The notes under the pieces were generated by a model that saw nothing but the letters and a program-made list of their open reading frames with translations, did not search any database and was not told where the DNA came from. A DNA stretch of 64,000 bases, taken from IMG/VR virus record IMGVR_UViG_3300023296_000332, positions 4,939 to 68,938 of that record. One strand, written 5' to 3'. Below are positions 9,184-19,119 of the stretch, one piece after another. Origin of the DNA: a virus. How positions within the stretch are numbered: the first letter of the stretch is position 1; every line of letters starts with the position of its first letter. The position numbers were made by a program, and so were the translations under genes.

Positions 9184-10698
9184 ATGTTATTAAAAGAAAA
9201 GACAAAAACTGAACTGGGAATAGATATTGACTCTCTTTCTCAAGGTTCCCACAAGAAGGTTTACGCACAATGTGATTATTGTAAATCCGATTATCTTGTT
9301 CAATTTAAGAATAGAAACGGAAGTTACAAAAAATTCCCTAAAGATTGTTGTATAAAATGTAAGTTCAAAAAAAGAGAAGAAGTTTCATTAGCAACTCATG
9401 GTGTCAAGAACTCTGCACAAAGAGAGGATGTTAAAGAAAAACTTAGAACTTTCAATATCGAAGACTATATAGATCAAATAAGAGATTTAGCATCTAAAGG
9501 TTTCAGTTCTTATAAGATATCACAAAAGTTAAATATTCCTAGTACAAGTCTAGAAAGGTTTTTAGAATCTACAAAACTAGATTTTTCAGTAGTTAAAAAC
9601 AATAGAGGTAGAACTACAAAAGCCGCTATGATAGATAAATATGGGTTAGAATATAAAAAAATACTTGCAGACAAGTTAAGAATAATGTCTAATAAGTTAT
9701 ATGCCGTTGATAATTACTTTCAATCTGAGGAAATTAAGGAAAAATCTAAACAAACACGAATAAATAACGGAAACGAATACAGTTTTGAAGGTATTAGTAT
9801 AAAAGATATGTGTGACATTACTGGTTATTCTATAACTAGAATGAGAGATCTTATTAAAATGTATGGACACGACGCTGCTATTAAAATGTCTCCGTTTCAA
9901 AGTTCTTTAGAGAGTGCGATTGAAGAGTTTATAATTAGCTTAGATCTTTCTTATGAGAAACAATTTAAAGTAGAAAGTAAAAGTTGTGATTTTAAGGTTA
10001 ACAATATACTCATAGAATGCGACGGGCTATATTGGCACACGGAAAAGAATCTAGAAATAAATAGAAAAGTTGACGGACAAAGGTATCATTTTCAAAAAAG
10101 AGAACTTTATAAAAAACATGGATACCGGTCATATTTCTTTCGCTCAGACGAAATAGAAAACAAGCTCCCTATTGTTAAATCTATTATCATAAACGCCCTC
10201 AGCCTCAATTCCGTAAAGTTTTATGCTAGAAAGCTCACTTTTCAGGAACTCACCAATAAAGAAGGGTACGAATTCTGTCAAGAACATCATCTTATGGGCG
10301 GCCACAAGACTGTAAGTAAAACATTCGCCCTCATGAACGGTAATATCGCCCTAAGCGTCTTCCAGGTTAAAAGGCTTGGTAATGGAAAGGGTTACGACCT
10401 GTCCCGTTTCTGTACACTTCCAGAGACAACGATAGTGGGCGGATTTAGTAAGCTTCTATCTGGATTTGAAAAGATTTCCAAACCCAATCGTTTTCAGACC
10501 TTTATAGATCTTCGTTATGGTTCTGGAGACTATCTTGAAAAACTAGGGTTCTCCCAAGAGTCCTGCTCTCCCAGCTTTAACTGGACCAACGGCGTAGAAA
10601 CCTTTCACAGGATGAAATTCCCTGCATCTACCGGTTATGATTACGATATGGTTAAGATATGGGACTGTGGACAACGCAAGATGGTTAAGAACTACTAG
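9184..10698 (+). CDS. Free-standing putative homing endonuclease (Zn-ribbon + PD-(D/E)XK/Vsr-like + Hef-like C-terminal domain)
   Basis: N-terminal CDYC...CIKC, central CDF....LIECDGLYWH nuclease motif, and C-terminal YARK..RFC..GGFSKLL..D.RY..LGF..IWDCG. The 5' part is markedly AT-rich (about 27% GC in a hand-counted 60-mer). Confidence 0.7.
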   Translation: MLLKEKTKTELGIDIDSLSQGSHKKVYAQCDYCKSDYLVQFKNRNGSYKKFPKDCCIKCKFKKREEVSLATHGVKNSAQREDVKEKLRTFNIEDYIDQIRDLASKGFSSYKISQKLNIPSTSLERFLESTKLDFSVVKNNRGRTTKAAMIDKYGLEYKKILADKLRIMSNKLYAVDNYFQSEEIKEKSKQTRINNGNEYSFEGISIKDMCDITGYSITRMRDLIKMYGHDAAIKMSPFQSSLESAIEEFIISLDLSYEKQFKVESKSCDFKVNNILIECDGLYWHTEKNLEINRKVDGQRYHFQKRELYKKHGYRSYFFRSDEIENKLPIVKSIIINALSLNSVKFYARKLTFQELTNKEGYEFCQEHHLMGGHKTVSKTFALMNGNIALSVFQVKRLGNGKGYDLSRFCTLPETTIVGGFSKLLSGFEKISKPNRFQTFIDLRYGSGDYLEKLGFSQESCSPSFNWTNGVETFHRMKFPASTGYDYDMVKIWDCGQRKMVKNY

Positions 10699-10732
10699 TT
10701 CGCCCTACTCTTTATTTTTACAAAGCCATTAT

Positions 10733-10766
10733 GGGTCAAGATCTTTTTAGGTCTTGGCCCTTTTTT
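10733..10766 (+). terminator. Intrinsic terminator after endonuclease
   Basis: GGGTCAAGATC-TTTTTA-GGTCTTGGCCC followed by TTTTTT. Confidence 0.85.
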
Positions 10767-10775
10767 GTGTATAAT
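10767..10775 (+). promoter_or_regulatory. GTGTATAAT putative late promoter
   Basis: Abuts the terminator U-tract, upstream of 10817. Confidence 0.7.
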
Positions 10776-10816
10776 ACAATGTAAACAAATAGGATTTTCA
10801 CAGAGGGAGACAATAT

Positions 10817-11299
10817 ATGACCGCTCTATCAGAGTATTTGCAATCAAGAGTACAAAAGGCCTTCTTTCATGGCCAAACCCTAGAATTGCCTTCTAACATT
10901 TCCATCGCCCTGACCACAGATCTTGCAGAAGACAGTCAGGATGGATCGAGTATCCCAGAAGTTCCAGAGTCAATCAGTAGATCCGGCGTCATTGATGGCG
11001 TGTCTGGAGTATATGACTACGAAACTGGATACTCAAGACTTGACATTTGCATCCCACAAATCAACGGGACTGACCACTGGGCTTATACCGAAGGTGGAAA
11101 CATTAGCAATGTTAAACAACTAGTGTTTGACACATGTAGAGAAGCCTGGGGTACTGTTTCTGGTATTGCTGTACTTGACAGTGATGTACACGGATCAGGC
11201 AATCTACTTTTCCATGGCGAACTCGAAGAACCAAGAAGAGTCTTAAAAGGAGACGCACCTAAGTTTGATGCGACTGTCCTAGAAATCTGCCTAAGCTAA
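10817..11299 (+). CDS. Small virion structural protein (fibre-associated family)
   Basis: Motifs IAL.T...EV..GY.R and F......WGTV.GIA..D...GNLL.HG.L, common in small phage fibre/adaptor proteins. Confidence 0.6.
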   Translation: MTALSEYLQSRVQKAFFHGQTLELPSNISIALTTDLAEDSQDGSSIPEVPESISRSGVIDGVSGVYDYETGYSRLDICIPQINGTDHWAYTEGGNISNVKQLVFDTCREAWGTVSGIAVLDSDVHGSGNLLFHGELEEPRRVLKGDAPKFDATVLEICLS

Positions 11300-11311
11300 A
11301 AGAGGTCAGCC

Positions 11312-14300
11312 ATGCCGATCAAAGACAAGAACGTACTAAGGGCAGAAATAGAAGAAAAAATAGAGGATAATGAACAGGGCCGAGTGTCTCCAGAAGATAT
11401 TAGATCGGCCCTTCTTGACATTATCGACTCCAATCATGTGCTATCAGTAGACAAGAACCTTGTTGCTGCTAATCTATCGTCTATTGACGTTGGAAACACA
11501 TATCTAGGAGAAGAGTCTGCCACAAAAAGAGGCGTAGAATACAACACTTCCGTGGGTTATTTTGCCCTTCGTGCAAACGATGGGGATCAAAACACCGCTG
11601 TGGGTGCTTATGCGTCTGCATGTAATATCTTCGGAAGTGGGAATACTTCTTTAGGTTATTCAGCCCTTGGTAGCAACTTTGACGGCAAGAACAATGTGGC
11701 CCTTGGCAAACACTCCTTGGGTAGAAGTAAGAACGGCAGCTTTAACGTTGGTATTGGCCACGGTGCTGGTTACTACATTGACGACAATGATAGCTACAAG
11801 TTTTACCTTGGCTCTCACGACATTGATGAATCTGGAATGTGTAATCATCCAGATGGCATCGACGGTATGGCTCCGCTTCTTTATGGAGACCTTCTAAACG
11901 GCACTCTAGTCGTTGGCTCTGACGATATGCACGATCAGGGTGCCCTACAGGTTAATGGAAACATTACTCCCGTTAGCGATAGTGGAACAGACAACCTTGG
12001 CTCCTACGACTACCCATGGAACAAGGCATACGTCAAAGGAATTGACTCTAACGAGACTTTTATTGAGTCATGGAGAGACTTTAATCCTCGACAAGCTTCT
12101 ACTTTTAATCTAGGCTCAGAAGATAAGCCCTGGAATCACTTACATGTAGACAACTTGCACGTCAATAGCCTAGCTGACTTGACAAACGTTAAGTATGTTC
12201 ACATTGAAGACTCTACATTCTACGACAAGCAGATCCATCTTGCTAGTAGCGGCGTAGACTCAAACAACAACACAATGCCCTATCTTACCGACGAAGGCGT
12301 TGATGGTGCTGGACTTGTAGTAAGAGCTAGTGGAACAGACTACCTAAGATCTTATTCTTGGACTTACAAAGCCCCAGACCTTGACTGGGAATGTCCAGAA
12401 ACAGAAAACGCATACTCCAGATCTGCATGGTTATCAAACATTAGTGTTGAAATCATGGATGGCAACCAATTGAAAACCCAAAGAGTGATGAGTTCTGACT
12501 CATTAGCTTTAGTTGGTGGTGGTTGTTACGGATTCTTTATTGATGAAAAGGTTGTACTAGGCACCCAGGGCGACAAGAACGCCTTTGATAACGAATACTA
12601 CAAGCCAGACTACATTAGCTATGCTACCGGAGACTACGCTAACTTTACAGTAAGTCGAGAGTCTGGCATCTTCATGGAAGACAACCTGCTTAGCCAATAC
12701 GACGGCTCCAGCAGCCTCACAGGCTTCAAGAGAAGATATTTCGACACAGATGACTCATTCTTTGTCCTGTCGTCTCACGCAGGCACTCAGACGCCCACAA
12801 GTGAATTTGTTTCGATGCGAGACAGATCGGCTTTTGGTTTTTCTGACCAACCGAATTTTAGACCAGAGACCCTTGTTAACACGAAGAGTAGTGGCGATGC
12901 CATCTTTAGACATACTGGTGAGGTATCGTCTAGGATTCAACTTTCTAGTCCAGACAATTTGTTTACAAATGGTGCAGAGATGTACTATTCAAATGAAAAT
13001 TCTAGGTTTGGAATTCTGACTAAGGAAGGTGATACGGTTCGCCATGCTCTGACTGTTAGCGGGGATCTCATTGGTATCAACCAAGACCCATTTGCTACAC
13101 TTACGGTGGGCAAAGATAGAAATGCAAATGCAGCTATCTCGTTACAAGAGGGAAGTGGGCAATTAGAAGATAAAGAAGGATGGGGCACTATCTATGTTAG
13201 GAAGATCTCTAACCCAGACACGCCAAACTCTGTCTTCTACAGAAATGAAAACGGCGACGAGTTTGACTTGCTTATGTCCTCTGGGGACAAAATGGCTCCA
13301 GACAGCGTCTACTACGATGATTACGGTAATACGTTTGTAGGTTATCAGTCTATTGAAGATAGATTAAATCCTACGAGCCAGGGCTACCTTTCTAACAATA
13401 CAACACTTGGGCACAGAGCCCTAGCAGACCTTTATTACGGCAGCAACAATATCGCTATCGGCCCCAAGGCTGGAGAGGGTATCGTTTACGGCCAGAACAA
13501 CATCTTTATCGGCTCAGAAGCGGGCCTAGTTGAAGACGACCTTGGTCAAACGTTCTATAACCAATTTAGACTTGGACACAACGACGAAGACTTACTTATG
13601 TCTGGGCAGTTACCAACGCCTCAAGATAGGGGTTATGTTTATGTCCAAAGTGACCTTGGTATTGTCAGTAAAGACAACTTAGATAGATTTAGAATGGGCC
13701 AGCTTGGTGGAGATACGATCTTCACAAAAGAAAGCTCTGGAAACATCTACTTTAGATACTTTGACGATTTCGCTAGCGACCCCTTGGTTATTAGCGAATC
13801 GGGCATCAAGACTCCAAGAATCGAATTTAACGACGGCACTTACTTCGACACCTCTTATGGTGTTAAGTTTGAAGCTGGCAATGCTATCTCTTTCACTCCA
13901 GAAAGCGGAACAGACCGTAGAATTATTGATGTAGACTTTGATAAACTAGATCCAAGCGACGAAATGTATCAAGATACATACGTTATGGTTCAGTCTTCTG
14001 GAGAAAACTACAAAAGTTCTATCCTTAACATTGCTAGGTTTGTCAATCCAGATAATCCTGAGATGTTCTTTGACTGTGGTGGCGGATATAACATCGTCGT
14101 ATCAAGAAACTCAGACGTAGATAACTCTAAGAACTGCAACAACCTCGTTGGCGGCTTTAAGGGCGGTCACAATATCGAAGGCTTTACAAACAGTTTGATT
14201 CTAGGTTCTAAGGCTGGCGAACAAGCCACCATGCAGAACCCAGACCTTTCTATCGACATCGCCGCAGTGTTCTTGGGATACAACGCAGGTAGACAATCAC

Positions 14301-16321
14301 ACAATGCTGATAATTCTATCTTTATTGGCCCTTCTGCTGGACAACATTCAGAGTATTGCGACAACTCTATCTTCATTGGAAACTCTGCGGGACAATCTTC
14401 GTTCTCTTCTAAGTCTATTGCTATGGGTGACAACACCTTAGTAGACGTAGACGGAGAGAACAACCTAGAGATTGTAGCAGACCACAGACCTAACAATAGG
14501 CTTATCAATGGAGAGATGAGCAATAAGTTTAACGTACAAGGGGTTATCGCTGGAGACCACTGCTCAGGCAGAGTTTCTGTTGGTGGTGGAGCTAGAGTAT
14601 TCCCTAGTGCTGTATTAGAAGTTGCTGCTGGATTTGGAGATAACGAAACACCCCTACAACAATGGTTTAATGGGCAGGGCAACCTTGTCGCATATATGGA
14701 CCAACAAGGAAACTTGGTGTTGAAAGGCTCCGTCGCACAAAACAACTCTTACATGGGTGATACCAACCTGTCACCAGCGGCACAGCTTAACCCAGACATC
14801 TGTGGAAATACCAACAGCACTGGCAACTCTTCGGACCCAGGAAACGGAGGCGGAACTGGAAACAACGATAATCCTAGTACTGGATATTCAATTTCAGCTT
14901 CATCTTCAAGTGTTACTACTGGAGAGTCTGTAACGATGGTTGTTACTAGATTTGGAGGAACGCTAGGCCCTATGGTGTTAAGTCTTAGCTCTAGTGATAC
15001 TTCTAAGGCAACAGTGCCCTCGTCTTTAACTATTCCAGACGGCGTTAGCAGTTCTGTGTTTAATGTATTGACCAAGAACTCTGGAAATGTAAGCATTTCA
15101 ACGATACACCAAACGCTTGGGTCAAAAGTTATTCCTATTGTGATTAGCAGTGTTGTTTCAACATCAAGCTTTACCTTTGTTCCAAACTCAAGCGTAATTT
15201 CTGTTGGAAGCTCAATGTATATCTATGGCTCAAGGAGCGGTGGAGACATTAGCCAACCAGAAACGCTGTCTATTAGTTACTCAGGAAGATCTTCTGGACC
15301 TTCTACGGTAACCTTTGCTGCAAATCAATCTCAAACATCATTCTTGATAGAGGGAACGTCGGCTGGACTTGCGAACATAACGGTTGGAACAACACCAGTG
15401 CAGTTCACAGTTGAGTCAGTAAACAACGCACCATATTTTAGTGTTAATCCAAGCATGACACCTGGAGACGGCCCAACTGGAACTACGTTCACAGGAAATG
15501 ACGGAAACATCGAAAACGGAGGCCTTCAATCTAGGTCTTGGTTATTAAATGGATCTTCTATTGGAACTGGTTTAAGCGTCACTGTAGGCCAACCTGGAAC
15601 ACTTGTGTACTCTGTTACTGCTGTAAATCCTAGTAGCGGACAAACCGTTACTGCGAACAGCAATGGTTCTGTGGTATACGACATCGTTGACAACACTCCT
15701 TACTTCTTATCAAACCCAACAATATCCCCATCTAATGGCACAACAGCCACAAACTTTGAAGGATCAGAAAGCGTTGGTAATGGATTTGTTCAGTCTCGAT
15801 CTTGGAGATTGAATAGTTCAGAGATTGGAAGTGGTGTTAACGTAGTTTCAGCTAACCCTGGAAATCTAACGTATACAGTTACGATTGTAAACAACCAAGG
15901 AGAAACAGTTACGGCTACTAGTAGCGTAGCGACGGTTGTGGTACAGTTAGACCCAGTGACGTTAACAATTGAATCTACTAAGCCTGCATTTGACTACGAA
16001 GACGACAGAGATATCATAGTGACTAGATCTGGTGGAGATATTACCCAGCCTTTGTTTGTAACACTTACCGTTACAAGCAACGACGGACACGGAAACGTAG
16101 GGGTGATGATTCCTGCAAACCAAACACAGGTAATAGGAACTGTTCAAAAATTACCGACTTGGCATCAAGACAAAGACTATGGTGTAGTAACCCTTGTCGG
16201 AACGACCCCTGGTGGATCGGCAACGTCGAACAGTCTTGAAGTTAGATTTGAGCCAAAGTATTGGTCTATTGAAAACGGACAACCAGAAACGGAAAGAACC
16301 TACTTAAAGAGGGAATGGTAA
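11312..16321 (+). CDS. Large fibre/adhesin-like virion protein
   Basis: YadA-head-like NTAVG/NxxIG repeats in three blocks, LGS....W motifs, a G/N linker, then C-terminal Ig-like tandem repeats. Confidence 0.7.
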   Translation: MPIKDKNVLRAEIEEKIEDNEQGRVSPEDIRSALLDIIDSNHVLSVDKNLVAANLSSIDVGNTYLGEESATKRGVEYNTSVGYFALRANDGDQNTAVGAYASACNIFGSGNTSLGYSALGSNFDGKNNVALGKHSLGRSKNGSFNVGIGHGAGYYIDDNDSYKFYLGSHDIDESGMCNHPDGIDGMAPLLYGDLLNGTLVVGSDDMHDQGALQVNGNITPVSDSGTDNLGSYDYPWNKAYVKGIDSNETFIESWRDFNPRQASTFNLGSEDKPWNHLHVDNLHVNSLADLTNVKYVHIEDSTFYDKQIHLASSGVDSNNNTMPYLTDEGVDGAGLVVRASGTDYLRSYSWTYKAPDLDWECPETENAYSRSAWLSNISVEIMDGNQLKTQRVMSSDSLALVGGGCYGFFIDEKVVLGTQGDKNAFDNEYYKPDYISYATGDYANFTVSRESGIFMEDNLLSQYDGSSSLTGFKRRYFDTDDSFFVLSSHAGTQTPTSEFVSMRDRSAFGFSDQPNFRPETLVNTKSSGDAIFRHTGEVSSRIQLSSPDNLFTNGAEMYYSNENSRFGILTKEGDTVRHALTVSGDLIGINQDPFATLTVGKDRNANAAISLQEGSGQLEDKEGWGTIYVRKISNPDTPNSVFYRNENGDEFDLLMSSGDKMAPDSVYYDDYGNTFVGYQSIEDRLNPTSQGYLSNNTTLGHRALADLYYGSNNIAIGPKAGEGIVYGQNNIFIGSEAGLVEDDLGQTFYNQFRLGHNDEDLLMSGQLPTPQDRGYVYVQSDLGIVSKDNLDRFRMGQLGGDTIFTKESSGNIYFRYFDDFASDPLVISESGIKTPRIEFNDGTYFDTSYGVKFEAGNAISFTPESGTDRRIIDVDFDKLDPSDEMYQDTYVMVQSSGENYKSSILNIARFVNPDNPEMFFDCGGGYNIVVSRNSDVDNSKNCNNLVGGFKGGHNIEGFTNSLILGSKAGEQATMQNPDLSIDIAAVFLGYNAGRQSHNADNSIFIGPSAGQHSEYCDNSIFIGNSAGQSSFSSKSIAMGDNTLVDVDGENNLEIVADHRPNNRLINGEMSNKFNVQGVIAGDHCSGRVSVGGGARVFPSAVLEVAAGFGDNETPLQQWFNGQGNLVAYMDQQGNLVLKGSVAQNNSYMGDTNLSPAAQLNPDICGNTNSTGNSSDPGNGGGTGNNDNPSTGYSISASSSSVTTGESVTMVVTRFGGTLGPMVLSLSSSDTSKATVPSSLTIPDGVSSSVFNVLTKNSGNVSISTIHQTLGSKVIPIVISSVVSTSSFTFVPNSSVISVGSSMYIYGSRSGGDISQPETLSISYSGRSSGPSTVTFAANQSQTSFLIEGTSAGLANITVGTTPVQFTVESVNNAPYFSVNPSMTPGDGPTGTTFTGNDGNIENGGLQSRSWLLNGSSIGTGLSVTVGQPGTLVYSVTAVNPSSGQTVTANSNGSVVYDIVDNTPYFLSNPTISPSNGTTATNFEGSESVGNGFVQSRSWRLNSSEIGSGVNVVSANPGNLTYTVTIVNNQGETVTATSSVATVVVQLDPVTLTIESTKPAFDYEDDRDIIVTRSGGDITQPLFVTLTVTSNDGHGNVGVMIPANQTQVIGTVQKLPTWHQDKDYGVVTLVGTTPGGSATSNSLEVRFEPKYWSIENGQPETERTYLKREW

Positions 16322-17328
16322 TGTTAGATTACATACAAGGAAACCACGCAACAAATCAAAATAGAACAGTTTATTTAGACACCTCTAATAGTAGTAAAAA
16401 TTTGTTTAACTACAGAGGCACCAATCTAAAGCTAGGATTTGCTTGCAATACTCCTGAGTACAATAACACCCCAGGTGGATGTACAATCACTGTTAGACAA
16501 GGAGCAGTAGACATAATAGAAATAGATGTTTCTTCTCCATCTTACAACGAAAGAGTTTTAATCGACTTGCCAGATACGGATGTTGAATATACAGTTAACG
16601 CAAGTATCAACACCGACCCAGGAGACGACACTCCAGGTGCTACATATATTCCAGACAGAGAGCTTGTATTTATCGAGATCTTGACAGAAAGAAATACTAA
16701 CTTCTCAACTAATACCAAGTATTCTGGAGACGATCCTTCTGCGAGTTTTGTTTTCTCTGAAACAGAGAAGATCTTATTTGAAGATGTGAAGTCCAACGGA
16801 TATACAACAAACTCTTACCTAGAAGGCGACTTGATCTCAAACGATTTGTCTTTGAACTATGCGGACATCAAGAAGTCCTCAACGTGTAAGGCACTCTACT
16901 GTTTTTACAAATATCCAAACATCAATCCGTCTTACTTAAAAGAGATGTCTATTATTATTAACACTAATAGCAATAGAGAACTTGACGCTTCTAATTATTC
17001 CACAATGTCTTCTTCTTACCAACAGAAAGAGCTTACGGTGTGTAAGCCTTACTATGGTGTAAGTTCAGACCACCTGGGCTTCATGGAAAATATGTGGAGA
17101 CATGGAAATTCCAATGGCCCCAAGCTAAGCAGCTTTGAAAACAACAATCAGGTAGAAGTGAACGACGGCCTACAAGTTATCAATCTAGGTCTCACTAACC
17201 CCTCAAACTCTGAACAGAACGATTGGTTCTGCATTATGTTTTTGTATTCAGTTGACGAGCCCAATGGGTTTAGGCTGTCCACAGATACAGACACCAAGCC
17301 AGTAGTGAGGTGGAAATATGAACTATAA
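16315..17328 (+). CDS. Hypothetical beta-rich protein (possible fibre accessory)
   Basis: 337-aa ORF overlapping both neighbours. No recognisable motif. Confidence 0.6.
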   Translation: MVMLDYIQGNHATNQNRTVYLDTSNSSKNLFNYRGTNLKLGFACNTPEYNNTPGGCTITVRQGAVDIIEIDVSSPSYNERVLIDLPDTDVEYTVNASINTDPGDDTPGATYIPDRELVFIEILTERNTNFSTNTKYSGDDPSASFVFSETEKILFEDVKSNGYTTNSYLEGDLISNDLSLNYADIKKSSTCKALYCFYKYPNINPSYLKEMSIIINTNSNRELDASNYSTMSSSYQQKELTVCKPYYGVSSDHLGFMENMWRHGNSNGPKLSSFENNNQVEVNDGLQVINLGLTNPSNSEQNDWFCIMFLYSVDEPNGFRLSTDTDTKPVVRWKYEL

Positions 17329-18013
17329 GAAAGAGCTTATTGTCTCTAGGTACTCAGAAAATGTTGAGTGGCTTTATGAAGTAGACTCTTCTGTTAATTC
17401 GATAGTTCTATACAACAAGGGCGAAGAGTTAAAACCATTTGATGACAAAAGGGTCAAAATCGTAAAGCTAGAAAACGTAGGAAGAGAAGCACACACCTAC
17501 ATACACCACTTTCTAAAACACAGAGAGAATCTGGCAGACACAACGATTGTTTGCCAAGGAGACCCATTCGATCATTCTCTTGACTTCTTAGATAGGTTAA
17601 AAGTAGATTACGATCAACTTACATCTCTAACACATAGATACAAGTCAGACTGGCCACTCCCACATGTGGTTGCTAAAGACAAGATCTCAACCTATAAGGG
17701 CTTTGAGATTAGAATGGGAAACATGGATTACTTTGGACATAGAGACCAAAAGACAACCAGAAAATGGTTTGAACAGACTTGGAAGAAAATATTTGAAAAC
17801 CCGTGCCCCGTTGGTTACTTCTACGGATACGCAGCTACATGGGCGATCCCAAGGGATTTAATTAGATTCAGAACAGAAAAGTTCTGGTCGCACTACTACG
17901 GATTGCTCTCTAAACAGTTTGCCATGGAGGCCTACATACTTTCAACAGACGCCTGGGCATTTGAAGCTCTTTGGAAAGCAATCTTTACACCTTCCTACAG
18001 GACAATACTCTAA
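17318..18013 (+). CDS. DUF3431-like protein (putative glycosyltransferase-like fold)
   Basis: LIVSRY.E.V.W...YNKG...L.NVGRE.HTY.HH....QGDPFDH and FE.LW..IF match the DUF3431 pattern as I recall it. Confidence 0.7.
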   Translation: MNYKKELIVSRYSENVEWLYEVDSSVNSIVLYNKGEELKPFDDKRVKIVKLENVGREAHTYIHHFLKHRENLADTTIVCQGDPFDHSLDFLDRLKVDYDQLTSLTHRYKSDWPLPHVVAKDKISTYKGFEIRMGNMDYFGHRDQKTTRKWFEQTWKKIFENPCPVGYFYGYAATWAIPRDLIRFRTEKFWSHYYGLLSKQFAMEAYILSTDAWAFEALWKAIFTPSYRTIL

Positions 18014-19089
18014 TGTACGACTATTTAATCGTCGGGGCCGGACTATTTGGGGCAACTTTTGCACAGATAAAGGCAGAAGAAGGGAAAAAGATATTACTCG
18101 TAGACAAGCGTGAGCATATTGCGGGCAACTGCCATACGCCAGAAGTAAGTGGGATTAGGGTTCATCAGTACGGCCCTCATATCTTTAACACAAATTCCGA
18201 CAAGATTTGGAGCTATGTCAACAGATTCACAAAGTTCAACAACTACGTGAATAGGACTAAGGCCAGTTACGGAGGTGTTTTATACTCTCTGCCAATCAAT
18301 CTGATGACAATGCAACAAGTCTGGGGCGTCACAACCCCAAGAGAAGCACAGATGAAGCTGAAAGATGTGGTCATCCCCAACGAGAACCCTAGAAACTTTG
18401 AAGAAGCGGCACTCGCAACGGTTGGGAAAGAGCTTTATGAAATGTTCTTTTATGGCTATACAGCCAAACAGTGGGGCGTAGAACCCAGGGAGGTTCCTGC
18501 CAATATCTTTGGTAGACTTCCAGTGAGGTTGACATACGATGATAATTACTTCGTAAAAACTCACCAAGGTATCCCAACAAGGGGGTATACTAATATGGTG
18601 GCTAATATGATTGACCACCCTAACATTGAGATCAAGCTAAATTGCGAGTTCTCAAAAGGCATGATGCGGATGGCAAAGCAAACTCTCTATACTGGTTCTT
18701 TAGATAGCTACTTTGATTACAAGTTTGGCCCCCTGGACTACAGATCTTTAAGATTTGAGTGGATCTACGGCAAAGGAGACATCCAAGGCAACGCCATAGT
18801 AAACTACACAGAAAAACACGTACATCACACAAGACAGATGGAGCACAAACATTTTTACATGCAAGAAAGCCCACTCACTGTTCTTAGTAGAGAGTTTTCT
18901 CAGAAATGGGAACCTGGGAAAGAAAGATACTACCCCATCAACACCCAGAAAAACAACAAGACGCATAGGCAGTATAAAAACTTAGCGGACCAAGAAGAGG
19001 GTCTAATATACGGGGGCAGGCTTGCCTCCTATAAATACTGGAATATGGATCAAACAATAGGGGCCGCAATGTCTCTATCTAAAAAATAA
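18013..19089 (+). CDS. glf: UDP-galactopyranose mutase
   Basis: YDYLIVGAGLFG FAD motif, HIAGNC, VHQYGPHIF, GYTAKQWG, YRSLRFE, YYPIN and GRLA.YKY.NMDQ.I. ATG 18013 overlaps the upstream stop (TAATG). Confidence 0.95.
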   Translation: MYDYLIVGAGLFGATFAQIKAEEGKKILLVDKREHIAGNCHTPEVSGIRVHQYGPHIFNTNSDKIWSYVNRFTKFNNYVNRTKASYGGVLYSLPINLMTMQQVWGVTTPREAQMKLKDVVIPNENPRNFEEAALATVGKELYEMFFYGYTAKQWGVEPREVPANIFGRLPVRLTYDDNYFVKTHQGIPTRGYTNMVANMIDHPNIEIKLNCEFSKGMMRMAKQTLYTGSLDSYFDYKFGPLDYRSLRFEWIYGKGDIQGNAIVNYTEKHVHHTRQMEHKHFYMQESPLTVLSREFSQKWEPGKERYYPINTQKNNKTHRQYKNLADQEEGLIYGGRLASYKYWNMDQTIGAAMSLSKK

Positions 19090-19107
19090 GTAAAAGAATA
19101 TCATAAG

Positions 19108-19116
19108 GTGTATAAT
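19108..19116 (+). promoter_or_regulatory. GTGTATAAT putative late promoter
   Basis: Intergenic, after glf. Confidence 0.65.
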
Positions 19117-19119
19117 ATA

